Counted from the first letter of the stretch, positions 49,435-62,909 are shown. The stretch is DNA of 64,000 nt from Eledone cirrhosa (GCA_964016885.1 OZ024743.1:313472001-313536000), one strand, 5' to 3'. Translations and numbers: made by a program. Notes: a model not told the origin generated them from the letters alone.

Positions 49435-50057
49435 GGTCAATTAGGAATAATTTCAAATTGCGTTAGTCAACAAACATGCAGAAAGATCTTTGAAGTTTAA
49501 CGAGCCACTACTGATTCATAAAATAAACCATTTATTGCCATTATCTGACATTCCCAACCACTGTGGACATATTTTGTTTTCGAAGTTATATTAAAACAAA
49601 CAATATCTATATAGATTTAACAACCGAAGCTAGGGAGAATTAACGAAGATCATATCTATCTCTGCTTTCACAGATGAAATATTTGAAAATTGTTATGGCA
49701 ATGTGTAGAGATATTCATTATTATGCTCATATGCTGAGCCATTTATACGTTTATGGACTTTAATCATATATACTCTATATACATGTTCTAATGAAATATA
49801 TTACAAGGAAAAAGAAAGTGGCGAATCGGTAGAGTTATTAGAGCTTTGGGTTATGAGGCTTCTTTGTATTTGATCCAGTTCTCAGTGTTCTGTGATCCTG
49901 GTAACGTGAACTTTCATAATTTAGGGATTTATGAATAAAGTACCTTATTTATTAACCACGAATAATTAAAAGGAAAAAATATAGATTAAATTTAAATGGT
50001 AATAAAATTAGGAATTAAGATCAATAATGGTTCCTGATTTAGGCACAAGGCCAACAG

Positions 50058-51300
50058 TTTTGTTTTGTGTGGGGAGACCACAATGGACAACAGTATTCAA
50101 GGTGCGGTTGGACAAAAGTAGAGAAGAGAAGGATAATGGTGTGGATATCTCTCGACTGGAAAGTTCTGAGAATCCAGGAACATATTCTGTGGGCCATGTC
50201 AAATTTGTTGTTTATATAAGTGGCCCAGCTTATGTTGTTGTCCACAATAACTCCCAAATCTCTGATTTTGTTGGATGCCACGAGAGTTTCATCCGAAGGA
50301 AGGGAGTGTGGGAGTTTCAGTGCATCCTCTGAAAAGTAGATTAATTCAAATTTATCCTCGCTCAGCAACATATTGTTCTTTTCCGCCCGTTGGATAATAG
50401 TATGTAGATCTTATTGAAGACATGGCCGGTCACCTACTCCTTTGATGACCTTCTGGAGCTTGGAATCATCTCCAAAGATTCTTATGTTGCTGTTCTTGAT
50501 GATGTCAATAATGTCATTTATATAGATGATGAAAAGAAGTGGGCCCAACACAGTGCCTTGCGGGACGCCACTGCTGACTTTGGCTGGGCTTGATTGTACT
50601 CCTTCGACTACAACATGTTGATCTCTATTTGTTATGAAACACTTGACCCATTGCAGTAATTTCCAGAGACACCAATGTTGGATAGTTCTTTTCACTAGAA
50701 TGTTGTGATAAACCATGTCAAAGGCCTTGCTGAGATCAAGGTAGATGACATCAGTGTTGGAGCCCACTCCCAAAGCACTTAAAATGTCATCAAAATGATG
50801 CAGGAGCTACGTTAGGCAGTCCCTTCATGTACGGACACAATGATGGTTGGAGTTCAGCAAATTGAGATAGTATTCTTGAAAGCAACAAATAACTTAATGA
50901 TTGAGAGATGAGTGATCTCGGGCGGTAATTCACTGCATGGACTTGTTTCCTTTTTAAAAACCTGGGACAACAGGCTGGGACAGAAAGGTTTCAGATATAT
51001 AGCCAGCATCCAGTGAGGTTCTCCACAGATTAGTAAAAGGAGATGCAGCTTCAGGACACAATCAGGGAATATATAGAGGCCTACTTCTGAATTGTGTTTA
51101 ATTTCGTTTATTGCTGCTAAGACAGTAGGGGCGCCAAACGTCATGCCCGATAGAATATGTTTAGGATTAACATCCCTGATACACCCCAGATCAGCCATAT
51201 AAGGATTGCTGAAAACAGAGGAGTAGTGTTTCTGGAGTATCTCACCCATGGTTTTGGCATTGTCTTAGAGGGTGCTATTTACATCAATTAGAAGGCCAAC
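50058..51300 (-). mobile_element. CR1-group LINE copy 3, truncated at both ends and more decayed
   Basis: ORFs 50854-51249, 50411-50773 (YLDLSKAFD, GVPQGTVLGPLLF, FGDD) and 50039-50371 are homologous to copies 1 and 2. Confidence 0.9.
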
Positions 51301-51537
51301 TGATCTCAGTTTGACAATCGTCACCGACGAATGCAAGGAGAAAGTTCTCCAGGAAAGTTAACCAGGAATCTTTAAAAATCATCCCACCAAAGTTAACAAA
51401 AACTTACTTGATCTACCAAATCATAATATTATAAAATTAAATCAAATTGTTTAGTGAAGTCATTCTTTTCCTTTTTTAAAATATACCTAACTGTACCAAG
51501 GATTTCACACATTTTCCAATGCATATATATATATATA

Positions 51538-52338
51538 TATATTTGATTTGCAAAGCTGTCTAAACGTATTGTTATTACTCTGGGGTACTATTCCCTATCG
51601 AGTGCTAAAGCTACATACCGAATTTGCATTCGTTAGCTTGGTCGCAACTTAAAGCTTCGTTAATGCTGTACTAAAATTTGTATTTTAACTCCTAGAATTA
51701 ACGATTAACTGATTCATTTAATTAGACAATTCTATTGATTGATTAATTGTTTATGTTTGTTTGATCATTTCTGGTTGAGTGCTTAATTCGGTTTGTCTAA
51801 GGGAATTTCATTCCTTTGTCTCAAATTTCGAATTCACCGCCGAAACGGGGGTTACCTCCCTTGGAGAAAACTACGTGTCTATAGCGAAATTTACTGCTAG
51901 AATACACCCGCAGAAGCTAAAGAACACAAGACTTGTTGAAGAAGGAAATCCTTTGTTCTGTCGTCAAAGACCATTTATTAACTTGCAGACCCCTGCAAGC
52001 GGAATTTGTCGATCTTGGATTTGCAGAAACCTAGCGCGGATGTTGTGTGTTGTATGTGATGTATATCGTATGCTATACGATATGCATTATATATAGCATT
52101 CGGTCTCCACGTTCTGTCCAGGTCAGTCTAAAATCTTTTCCTGAGTCCAACCATTTTCGTTGCTATGGCAATGCGGCTGGACTGCCGATCGCTATATTTG
52201 ATTTGCAAAGCTGTCTAAACGTATTGTTATTACACTGGGGTACTATTCCCTATCGAGTGCTAAAGCTACATACCGAATTTGCATTCGTTAGCTTGGCCGC
52301 AACCTAAAGCTTCGTTAATGCTGTACTAACATTTGTAT
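51538..52338. mobile_element. ~800 bp non-coding element with 146 bp direct terminal repeats, embedded in (TA)n
   Basis: 51538-51683 and 52193-52338 are nearly identical (about 4 substitutions). Confidence 0.7.
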
Positions 52339-52636
52339 ATATATGAGTGTGTGTGTGTTTATTTATACGCATTTCATTTGTTTAGCATTATCACGCAATT
52401 AACAAGGCATCACCATGTGAGTAATTATTTCCATTAATTGATAGTGCCTTAAAACGTACATTCAATGATCTATGCATTCATTATATTCCTGCTAAGTGTG
52501 TATGTGATTGAACACTTAAATTTCATTATAGCTATTACACATTTCAATTTGCTTCCAGCTTGGTTTCAACGTCAACTGGTTTTTAATACCCAATTTTATC
52601 TATTTTATATTAAAAATCCATTATATGTAAATATTT

Positions 52637-52675
<39 letters not shown>

Positions 52676-52877
52676 TATATATATGTGCGTGTGGTGTGTG
52701 TGTGTGTGCAGAAAGTTCAGTTAATCCGAAGAAAACTGGTGAGAGAACCATATGCTTGTGTGTGCCTGGCTGTTTCGTCCACAGATTTGATGTGCTTTTT
52801 TTTTTGTGTTAACAGAGGATCAGGGAGACTTGGAGTTTGTCTGGGGTGCCAACCCAGATCACGAGCCGGCTGCTTGC

Positions 52878-53312
52878 ACTGGGTAATTGCTGGCCTTGTG
52901 CCAAAAGTAGAAACAATTATTTAACCCCTGGTGAATTAGCAGTATTCGTAGAGGGTTGGACGCCATGCTTTCTAGCATAGTTACGTCCCTTTACGGTCTG
53001 AGTTCAAATCCCGTCGAGGTTAACTTTGCCTTTCATCCTTACGGGGTCGATAAAATCAAGTACCAGTAATGGACTGGGTAATTTCTGGCTTTGTGCCAAA
53101 AGTAGAAACAATTATTTAACGCCTGGTGAATTAGCAGTATTCGTAGAGGGTTGGACGCCATGCTTTCTAGCATAGTTACGTCCCTTTACGGTCTGAGTTA
53201 AAATACCGTCGAGGTTAACTTTGCTTTTCATCCTTACGAGGTCGATAAAATAAAGTACCAGTAATGTACTGGGATAATTGCTGGAATTGTGCCAATAGTA
53301 GAAGCAATTATT
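52878..53312 (+). mobile_element. Tandem copies (195 bp period) of a tRNA-derived SINE
   Basis: taac-cctggtgaattagc...gagttcaaatccc...gtcgataaaat...agaaacaattatt starts at 52922 and 53117, with an extra tail copy from 52878. Confidence 0.88.
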
Positions 53313-53315
53313 TAT

Positions 53316-53700
53316 TTTTGACAGAATCGGTAGAGCATCGGAAACCATGTTTTGCAGCATAAAGTTACATCCATTTACATTCTGATGTAAAATCTCGCCG
53401 AGGTTAGCTTTTCTTTTCATCCATATGGGTTCGATAAAATAAAGTACCAGTCACTTTCCTCTTCCCCAAAATTGATGGCCTTGTGCCTATAAAAGAAACC
53501 ATTATTATTGTAAACATATCATGAACTTTGTTGAATGAAGCCGCTACATATTTATAGAGATATGGTCGTTTACGTTCTGAGTTCAAATCCCGCCGAGGTT
53601 AGCTTTGCCTTTCATCCTTAAGGAGTCGATAAACTAAAACACCAGTAATGTACTGGTTCGACTTAATCGACTTTCGCTTCCCCTTCAAATTGCTGGCCTT
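53316..53700 (+). mobile_element. Two further, more divergent SINE copies
   Basis: Same core (cgccgaggttagct...tcgataaa...ctggcctt) at ~53395 and ~53590. Confidence 0.75.
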
Positions 53701-54984
53701 CTGCTGACCTTCTAACTTAAAGGACCAGTCTTGTAACACCCTGTCATGTATTCTGACTTCAAATCCCACTTCTGCTTATTTGATTGGTTGACTTAATAAT
53801 ACGCACGGTTTAACATCATCACGAGGCCCATGGGAGCGTTTACTGGAATTCTATCTGTTTCGATCAATAGGATCGGGTTCCCGATTTGAGATTACACTCC
53901 TCCCTTCCCTTCTTGAGTAAAATGTAAAAACAAAATATAGGCTAAATTTAATTTAAGCAATATATACTCGTCTGTAAATTGACACAAGACGTTAATTTAA
54001 AAAAGAAAATGCTTATACATATCAATTTAATATTTATAAGCTCAGACATGTGGTGTGATGTTGAATATATTTACGTCAGGTATAATGGTGATCCAATAAC
54101 ATGGTGTGAACTGATTCGCCCTGGAGTTAATCTTCCATTGTTTAATTTAGACGCTTATTACACCCTAGAGTTATAAATAATTGAAAAGACGAAATTACTA
54201 CTTAACACAGAAGATATTGTCATCATAGACTGAAGTAGTAAGAAGGTAATTGTGGAAGTGTGATTTCGTTGGCATTTCTACAGAACGGTTAAGCAATTTT
54301 ATATACTTCGCACTTGGTTTCAAGCTAATTTTTCAGAACCTAAGTTAATAGAATATAACCGAATGAAATATGTCATATTTCATACAGAACCTAATCAACA
54401 GAACACATATTCTTTCATAGGATTCAGTCAATAGATTACGACCATGCTGTGGCATCGCCTTCGGGGTATATATTCGATCATACATGACGTAAGCTAACAG
54501 AATGTGTAGCCACATAAACGGATACAAATACACATGCACACGCAGGCACATATATGCATGCATGCATGCATGCATACATACATACATACATACATACATA
54601 CATACATACATGATGATGACTGCAACTGGATTTCGAGTAATGCCGTAGTTTGATGCATAAGCATCATGGACGTGACTTTTCAGTCCTGCTAGAGACTTGC
54701 CTATCGCCAGCAATACTATGCGTCGCAAAAATGTCACATATCAAGCGTTGCTTGTGATTTTTTAAATAAGGAAAGGCTCTTCAGCGGCTAATCCCAGTCT
54801 CTGAATATCGAATACATTTGCCCGAAAAGAAGAATTGGTCTACATCATTAGCTGCAAACGAAGTCACAGCTTTTATATCAGAGTGACCTTCTCCCAGAGA
54901 GATGTCTTAATGAAGACTAGGACGCTCTCGCTGCACAAAAAAAAAAAAAAAAAATACATGCATACATGCATATTCACAAAATAG

Positions 54985-55465
54985 ATTGGGAATCAAGCAA
55001 GATACCTGCTAGCAAAATAGATGCAAGCAAAAAAGATGCAGTCTCTGGAATAGTCATCGATGTTCCGCACATCATAAGCAGTTGTTCAAAGACGTAATTG
55101 TTCAAAGATGAAATTGCCAAAACACTGTACAATACAATTCGCAGAAAGAATAGCCCTGAGAATAATCGTTTAAATGATGCGGAAGATATATGCATACACA
55201 ATCTGAAAAGGTACTGGGGGAATGTCTTAATCAACACCCCAATAAATTGCAATTGTAAATCCTGACATACTGATATGGGACAGAGAAAAGAAGACATTCA
55301 CAGTAGTGAAAATCAGCTGCCGCTAACAATATGATGCAAAAGATTAGCGAAAAGAGCAACATTTATGGTGAGGAATCTGTAGATACGCCACACTGATTAT
55401 GCTTTTAGATTTGCACATGTGATAATTCATGCTCTGGGATATATTACTAGCTGCTCCAGAATGTA
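54985..55465 (+). pseudogene. Decayed RLE-endonuclease C-terminus of a second site-specific non-LTR family
   Basis: Pieces translate to DVPHIISSCSK, DEIAKTLYN, PDILIWDREKK...VVKISC, KISEKSNIY and VIIHALGYI. Confidence 0.55.
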
Positions 55466-55586
55466 ATAAGTGCATATACACATGTATAGATACAGAAACA
55501 GATGTACGTGTACATATATAACTCAGAAGATACAGATCCACTCATACATAACATTCATAATTGCACACACACACGCACGCACACGC

Positions 55587-55634
<48 letters not shown>

Positions 55635-55777
55635 ATTTACGTAGTCCATGTTTAAATTCCTCTGAAAGAGTTTGTTTCGATGTTAGAAACCAACTTTTAC
55701 CCTATTAGTGAAAATTTATAAAATAATAAAACCAGTATATACATACATACAGGCAGATAGTAACACTTACAAGCAGC

Positions 55778-55859
55778 CATCCATCCATCCATCCATCCAT
55801 CCATCCATCCATACATACATACATACATACATACATACATACATACATACATACATACA

Positions 55860-55890
<31 letters not shown>
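55778..55890. repeat. (CCAT)n(ACAT)n microsatellite
   Basis: Directly visible. Confidence 0.95.
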
Positions 55891-56334
55891 GTATATGTAT
55901 ATGTATACAAATAGAGTATGGTTCATCATAGAGTTTTGTATGAAAGCATATCCACACGTTTATGTATGATAAATATACAAAAGACTCGCTTTGAATGTTT
56001 TATGTTGTTATCAAATCACGTTCATAATAGTAGCAGCGAGAGAACGACATGCATATGTTTTTGGCTTTTTGACCTGATCGATCACGTTTAGTTACTCAGT
56101 AGCTTATATACTTTTTGGCGTATGAAGCATTGGCTGGAGAATCTGTGGTAAAATGTTTCCATGGTTAGGCGGCGAACAATGTACGTAAAACTTCAAAGAA
56201 ATCTCCTGTGAAATACAACCTATTAGGATGACAGATAAGCTTACACAATTGTGAACCGTTACTCCCCAAATCAGCTGAGGTACACAATCCGCCCAAAGTT
56301 TCGGTTGATCGAAAGTATTTTTCGAAATTGAGGT

Positions 56335-56710
56335 TTCCTAATTTAGGCACAAGGCCAGCAATTGGGGGAGGGGGTGAAATTCGATTACATCGATCCCGTA
56401 TTTTACAGTTACTTTAATTTATCGACCCTAGATTGATGAAGGATAAAGTCCCCCCCCCCCCCCCCGCAGCGGGATTTGAACTCAGAACTTAGAAAATTGT
56501 AACTAGATAGCGCAGAGCATTTTTTCCGACGCTCTACCGATACTGTCAATTCACTGCGATCTGGTTCGGGAATAATCGTTTCTACATTTTGCACAAGGCC
56601 ACCAATTTGAAAGAAAAAGTCGATTAAATCAAACCCGATGTATTACTGGTATGTTATTATATCGGCCCCGTAACGATGGAAGGCAAAGTGTTATTTGAAC
56701 TCAGAATATA
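56335..56710 (-). mobile_element. Two reverse-strand SINE copies
   Basis: ggcacaaggcca...ttatcgaccc...gggatttgaactcaga at 56345-56490 and 56590-56705. Confidence 0.75.
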
Positions 56711-56837
56711 CAAGCATACCGATACTGCCACTCTACCGCCCTATAGTGCGGAAATAAGGACCTCTGTTGAAGGTGTATATAAATAAAAAATACTTTCAAT
56801 ATGCAGTTTACTGACATGTATTCTCGCTATTATTTTC

Positions 56838-56950
56838 TTCAAATCCCGCCGAGGTTAACTTTGCCTTTCATCCTTACGGGGTCGATAAAATAAAGTACCA
56901 GTAATGTACTGGTTATTGCTGGCCTTGTGCCTAAAGTATAAACAATTATT
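56838..56950 (+). mobile_element. 5'-truncated SINE
   Basis: ttcaaatcccgccgaggttaactttgcc...aaacaattatt. Confidence 0.8.
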
Positions 56951-57299
56951 TTCTTATAAACGTTGATTTGGATTCGTTGCAAAATCGTTTCTTTGCAGGT
57001 GAAACTACAACTATTATCTGAACACCCTGGCTTATCTTCTACAACTTCACATCGCTAAAGAAATGTATTTAAACGTTTATTTGTTTGTTTATTTGTTTAT
57101 GTGTGTGAGTCTGTAACAGGCGTGAGTTTTTCGTTGTGTGTGTGTCTATGATCATGCCTTTGTGTATTTATGATTGTATCGGTATCAGGGTCCATATGTG
57201 TATGTGCGTGTGTGATTGTTTTTATGTATCTGTGTACATATATGTTTGCTTGTGTGGATGAATGTATTTGTTTATCTGTGTATCTTTATGTGTATGTAT

Positions 57300-57452
<153 letters not shown>

Positions 57453-58292
57453 TTCATTTATTTGTGTACGTGTGTGTGTTCTTAACTGTGCGATCACACG
57501 TGTGTTTGAAAAGCAAAGAAAAAAAACTAACGTCAACTTTTAAGATGGCTTTAGGAAGCATGATTGCGAAAGCGTGCCGAATTATCACTACAAAACATAC
57601 AGTGTTTTACACAGACCTTAAAAACATCGACAAAAATGGCGTCTTAATGGAAATCTTAACATTCCCAAGAGTTAAAACGTGACATGGCTTCTCATATCAT
57701 CTGCTGTTGTTGTTGATAGTATTTTATTTCAATATACTCTCTGTATACAATAAGATATATTTTCTTAAAAGCAGCAATTAACCTTTAAAAATACTCTACG
57801 GCTCTTAGTATGATTATGCATTTGTGCATTTACAAGTATGGATTAATATAATGGAAACAAAGAAACAATATATATGTACCAACCGCCAGGGCAGCATACC
57901 AATTATGAAAAAAATATTCGGAGACGGAGCTAATACATATAAATATTACCTTCGATAACAAACCAATATGTATATATTATATTATATGATATTATATGAT
58001 ATATTATATTATATTATATTTATATATTTGAATGCTAATGTCTATAGTTGTAATTGAGATGTGGTGACTGTAAATTATGGATACATTTATAATGAAGTAA
58101 TTTAAATTAAAAAAACTACACCAACAAAAAGCAAAGAAATTGTGTGTGTGAAGGCATAACAGCTTGAGAATAAAAAATATGAAGATGTAAACGTATTCAC
58201 AATAAAACATGCATATATACACATATATAGAGTTATATATGTATATCTATATCTTTATATATAAGTATTTATAGAGATATATTAATATCTAA

Positions 58293-58376
<84 letters not shown>

Positions 58377-58452
58377 CGAAGGAAATGTGGTAAGAAACCA
58401 GGTGGACCATAACACACCAAAGTACTCAATACTTAGGGTAGTAGAGTGGGTA

Positions 58453-58528
58453 ATAGGAACGAGTAGGACCCCGACTGCTGAGCTCAAGCCGTCGGGGCTT
58501 GAGCTCAGCCGTCGGGGTCCTACTCGTT

Positions 58529-58533
<5 letters not shown>
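58453..58533. repeat. GC-rich hairpin, 38 bp arms and 5 nt loop
   Basis: ataggaacgagtaggaccccgactgctgagctcaagcc / ggcttgagctcagccgtcggggtcctactcgttcctat; one mismatch. Confidence 0.92.
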
Positions 58534-58587
<54 letters not shown>

Positions 58588-58694
58588 ATTTAGATATTAA
58601 TATATAAATGCACACACACGCACACACTTGTGCACACACATGCGCGCGCGCACACAAACACACGCACACACACACAAACACACATATATATATA

Positions 58695-58880
58695 TTCTCT
58701 GTTAAGTTTATTGGTTGAGCACCCTGAGTACCCTGATAACATATACTTTCTCTCCCTCCTTGTTCTCACGTTAAGAATCACAGAGGAAGGATGCATACAC
58801 ACCGACATCTACGGAAAGTATGACTGCAGAGAACTACAGTGTAACTGATTCTGTCCCACCTAAAGTGGCCAACATGCAGA
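58695..58880 (+). pseudogene. Possible decayed PLE RT thumb fragment
   Basis: FLSLLVLTLRITEEGCIHTDIYGK resembles the LPFLD...TDIY.K segment of ORF2 near 20280-20350. Confidence 0.35.
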
Positions 58881-59129
58881 AAGAGATCTTAAGGATTGGC
58901 AACACATGTGACTAGAGACAAAAATATAGCACAAATAATTCTAAAGGGTCTTCGTTAAAACCGGCTATCCAGCATTTCTCGCCAATCTCCAGGATGCTAA
59001 TACATGCCCAATTAGTGCACGCATGTAAAAAGATACCTTAAAACGCCGCACCTCAACATAATGACCACCTATGCTATCGGTCAAGCTATCTGGTGGAAAG
59101 GTCTGAATATACAACTGGCGGTGTCAAGG

Positions 59130-59720
59130 TCCTTACTCTAAATTTGACCTACTAACACAAACTCTATCTGAACAAACCTCGTAATATTCTAAATGTCTCA
59201 GTAAGGCAGAGAAGATATCTCTTGGTAATGAGGTCTGGATCTTTGAAGTACTTTCCGAGTAATCTTATATGGAACTCCTTTAATTGCCAAACTCTTTTAC
59301 CAGGACCGTCCCGATTCTCATACCAGGATTTCTGAAGGAGTGGAAATGAGAGTAAACACGTTGTTTAAAACGATTTTGCAGCATACCAACGTATCTGTTG
59401 CTAACTTCAAAATTTTCTGCGATCTTGTGAATAATCTCATACACAGCAGATATGATATTACATTTCTGTTGGACAGGGCAGCTCTCTTTAGTTTTACAAG
59501 AGCAGCTAGGATTCACATCGGGTATATTTTTTGCAGTTTATTTTTTAATCTCTAAATGGGCCACATGAATAGGATATCCAGACGGAATTGCGATTGAATA
59601 TTTTAGTGACTGTACCTATGTCGTGGTGGGGAATGTCTATCTATTAAACCTTAAAACGTAGGTAGCGCTTTAGTTCCGTGTATGAACATTAATAAATAAT
59701 ATAATATATCAGCTCTCAAA
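59130..59720 (-). pseudogene. Naiad-type PLE C-terminal linker and GIY-YIG fragment
   Basis: LIDRH...KIFNRNSVWISYSC, CSCKTKESCPVQQKC...AVYE...YVG...FKQRVYSHFHSF, WQLK and LCLTE. Confidence 0.72.
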
Positions 59721-59775
59721 CCTGATTGAGCACTGTTTTCCTTTTTCATTTTCCCCACATAGGGATATATATATT

Positions 59776-59814
<39 letters not shown>

Positions 59815-59819
<5 letters not shown>

Positions 59820-59960
59820 GTCTCACGATTGTAAGGCCGTGAGTTTGATTCCCGGTGACACGTTGTGTCCTTGAGAAATACATTTTATTTCATGATTCTC
59901 CAGTTAACTCAGATTTCAACCAGTTGTACCTGTAATTCGAAAGGACAGCCTAGTCAGTTC
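59815..59960 (+). mobile_element. tRNA-derived SINE fragment with central conserved domain
   Basis: B-box gagtttgattccc followed by gttgtgtccttgagaaatacattttatttc...ctccag. Confidence 0.6.
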
Positions 59961-60191
59961 TTCGGGTTTTACCCTATGTAATTTCACTTTGGATTCGCTT
60001 GGTTTTCAGGTTTATTGATAGTAACACTCCATTGGTGTTTTGATTATCTTGTCAAGGGCCCCGACTATGTAATACATTTATACTCTACTATCCCCAGTAT
60101 CGAGTCTTTGATGAAAAATGGTCTTACTTGTTTAAAACTGGTAATCCTGATCCGTCTATCTCTCTATTTATCTTATATATATATTTATATA

Positions 60192-60409
60192 CAGGGTGTC
60201 CCCAAAAATGTATACACACTTCAATCTTTAAAAACTGCATTAGAATAAATTCTATTGTATATGCCTTATTTAAATTATTTAAACATATTTGGGTGTTTAT
60301 AAATAATTGAATTATGCCTGTAGATCATTTTATTTTTGGGAAAGGCATTCTAATAAATATTGCTTGTACAGTTAATCAAAATGTGTATACACTTTTTTGG
60401 GACACCCTG
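60192..60409. mobile_element. Tc1/mariner-type MITE (218 bp) with TA target duplication
   Basis: TA-cagggtgtccccaaaaatgtatacaca ... tgtgtatacacttttttgggacaccctg-TA. Confidence 0.85.
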
Positions 60410-61133
60410 TATATATATATATATATGTACACATACACGCACGCACACGCACACACACACACGCACGCACACATATATTTACATATATATATATAGGAAG
60501 ACAGAGAGAGAGAGAGAGAGAGGAGGGAAGAGATGGAGAGAGACAGAGAGGGGGAAAGAAAGAGAGAGAAATTTTGCTAGCTCGCTAGATTGATAGATAG
60601 GTATAATAAGGAGGAGGAGGAGGAGGGACGAGGTATGAAAATAGTATCATTATGTGTATGTGTATGTGGGTGTTGTGGGTGTTGTTGAATGTTGAATTGT
60701 TAATGGCATCTACATCAATGTGTTTTTCATAACAGATGAAAAACGTGTGGAAAGCGCATATTGCGGCCATATAAATTCAACTATATTCTATACACTGTAG
60801 ACATTAAATGGAAATATTTTATCGTTATCTGAAGACAAAGAGCCCATAATAATTGTTTCTACTTTTGGTTCAAGGCCAGCAAATACCCAGCAAATACCCA
60901 GTACTTTATTTTATCGACCCCGTATGGATGAAAGGCAAAATAATTGTTTCTACTTTTGTCACAAGGCCAGCAAGCCGGCCATATATAAGACTGACGTTCT
61001 GCTTTACCTGAAACCAAACGTCTGTTTATGTATAATGTGTTCAGGGAAAAACCAGTCTTTATACTTAGTATTTTGTCTATATACTATTTCTATTATAATA
61101 TATCATCGGTGTTTTAGGAAAGAATTTCCTAGA

Positions 61134-61333
61134 NNNNNNNNNNNNNNNNNNNNNNNNNNNNNNNNNNNNNNNNNNNNNNNNNNNNNNNNNNNNNNNNNNN
61201 NNNNNNNNNNNNNNNNNNNNNNNNNNNNNNNNNNNNNNNNNNNNNNNNNNNNNNNNNNNNNNNNNNNNNNNNNNNNNNNNNNNNNNNNNNNNNNNNNNNN
61301 NNNNNNNNNNNNNNNNNNNNNNNNNNNNNNNNN
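61134..61333. other. Assembly gap (200 N)
   Basis: Run of n. Confidence 1.
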
Positions 61334-61407
61334 GCGCATCGGTAGGAGTTCTGCTACATGGATATAAAGTAGTGGCCGTACTCGAAAACGAGTTGGCAGC
61401 CACCATG

Positions 61408-61509
61408 CATATATATACATATATGTGTGTGTGAGTGTATATATACATATATTTTTGTGTATATTTATATATGTGTATATGTGTATATCTATATATGTGT
61501 ATATGTGTT

Positions 61510-61572
<63 letters not shown>

Positions 61573-61639
61573 ATATGTGTATATATGTGTGTGTATATGT
61601 ATATATGTGTATATAATATGTATTATATAAGTATATATG

Positions 61640-61678
<39 letters not shown>
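61408..61678. repeat. Complex (TA)/(TG) microsatellite
   Basis: Directly visible. Confidence 0.92.
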
Positions 61679-61681
<3 letters not shown>

Positions 61682-62102
61682 TAGCAAAGATAATAGGTCA
61701 GCAATGACTTGTACGTCAGAATGTCGTTATGCAGACATACATACAGATATTATAAGGGCTCGACGGAGATCGATAACCGGCGCCTAACACCCCTTTAACA
61801 ACAGAAAATTGAAAATTAAAAGCTGCAGTTAGTATCTTTAAACCGCAAGGAATATATAAATGCAAGTTTGAAGTCAATCAGAGTAGAAATGTGGATTTGT
61901 ATAGACTTTGAGGACAACACACACACACTCAGTCCGCAACAGTTCTATATATATATATATATATATATATAGGCTGTGTCCTAGAAATGTTAACATTTCT
62001 AGAACACAGCCCATCATACTTTGCTCTACGAGGGCATTTCGAGTGCTCATACGGGTTACCACATACGGACGCTTTAAGCATCCAACACCAATTATATATA
62101 TA

Positions 62103-62142
<40 letters not shown>

Positions 62143-62644
62143 GATAGTTATATAGTTGCACAAGAATTTAATAGTAAACAAATACCATATATGTTAACGC
62201 ATTGCTGTATTAGTATTGAAGGTATAGTTTAGATTCTGTTGAAGCAAGATATCAGAAATGGCGATGAAGATATCGCCTTAAGCAATAAACTTACGTATAA
62301 CATTCTAAATAAGAATCTTATTAGACAGTTTGACAGTTTCTACTGTAGGCTTTCAAAACAGCGTTTGTGGAAACCATGCAATATTTAGAACACTGCATCA
62401 AGTTTCCATAACAACTAAAAATTTTAAAGAGATAATTCCACAGAGAAATTAAATATAATACTGCAGTAATTGGTTTATTATCTCTATACATAAACCAGAA
62501 AAGTAGAAAATCTTTCTGCATGTAATCAGTAAATCTAAAATCCCTAATCATTTTATAAATTTCATAAAATTCCCGAACTATAATATTTCTGATGCTTCCG
62601 TCAGATATACGTGCCGTGACTGAAATGAACAGGATTATATGCAA

Positions 62645-62675
62645 TATATGTATATATATATGTATATGTGTGTGT

Positions 62676-62773
<98 letters not shown>

Positions 62774-62863
62774 GCATATACATATACATACATACACATA
62801 CACATGTGACTATATATATATATTCACACACACACATATATATATACATAAACATATACACCC

Positions 62864-62894
<31 letters not shown>

Positions 62895-62909
62895 ATATAC
62901 ATATATATT

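Noticed and set aside
47000-50000. Possible host exons in the unique AT-rich stretch
   Set aside because: Scattered GT/AG motifs, but no ORF with recognisable protein character; cannot be supported without transcript data.
52922-53010. tRNA gene
   Set aside because: Only A/B-box-like remnants followed by SINE body; no cloverleaf.
54860-54935. Possible RTE 5' leader or HDV-like ribozyme on the minus strand
   Set aside because: Resemblance is from memory only and the sequence is too degenerate to fold.
59280-59516. Selenocysteine-coding Naiad variant
   Set aside because: The Cys positions of the linker motif are TGC/TGT rather than TGA, and no SECIS was recognised.
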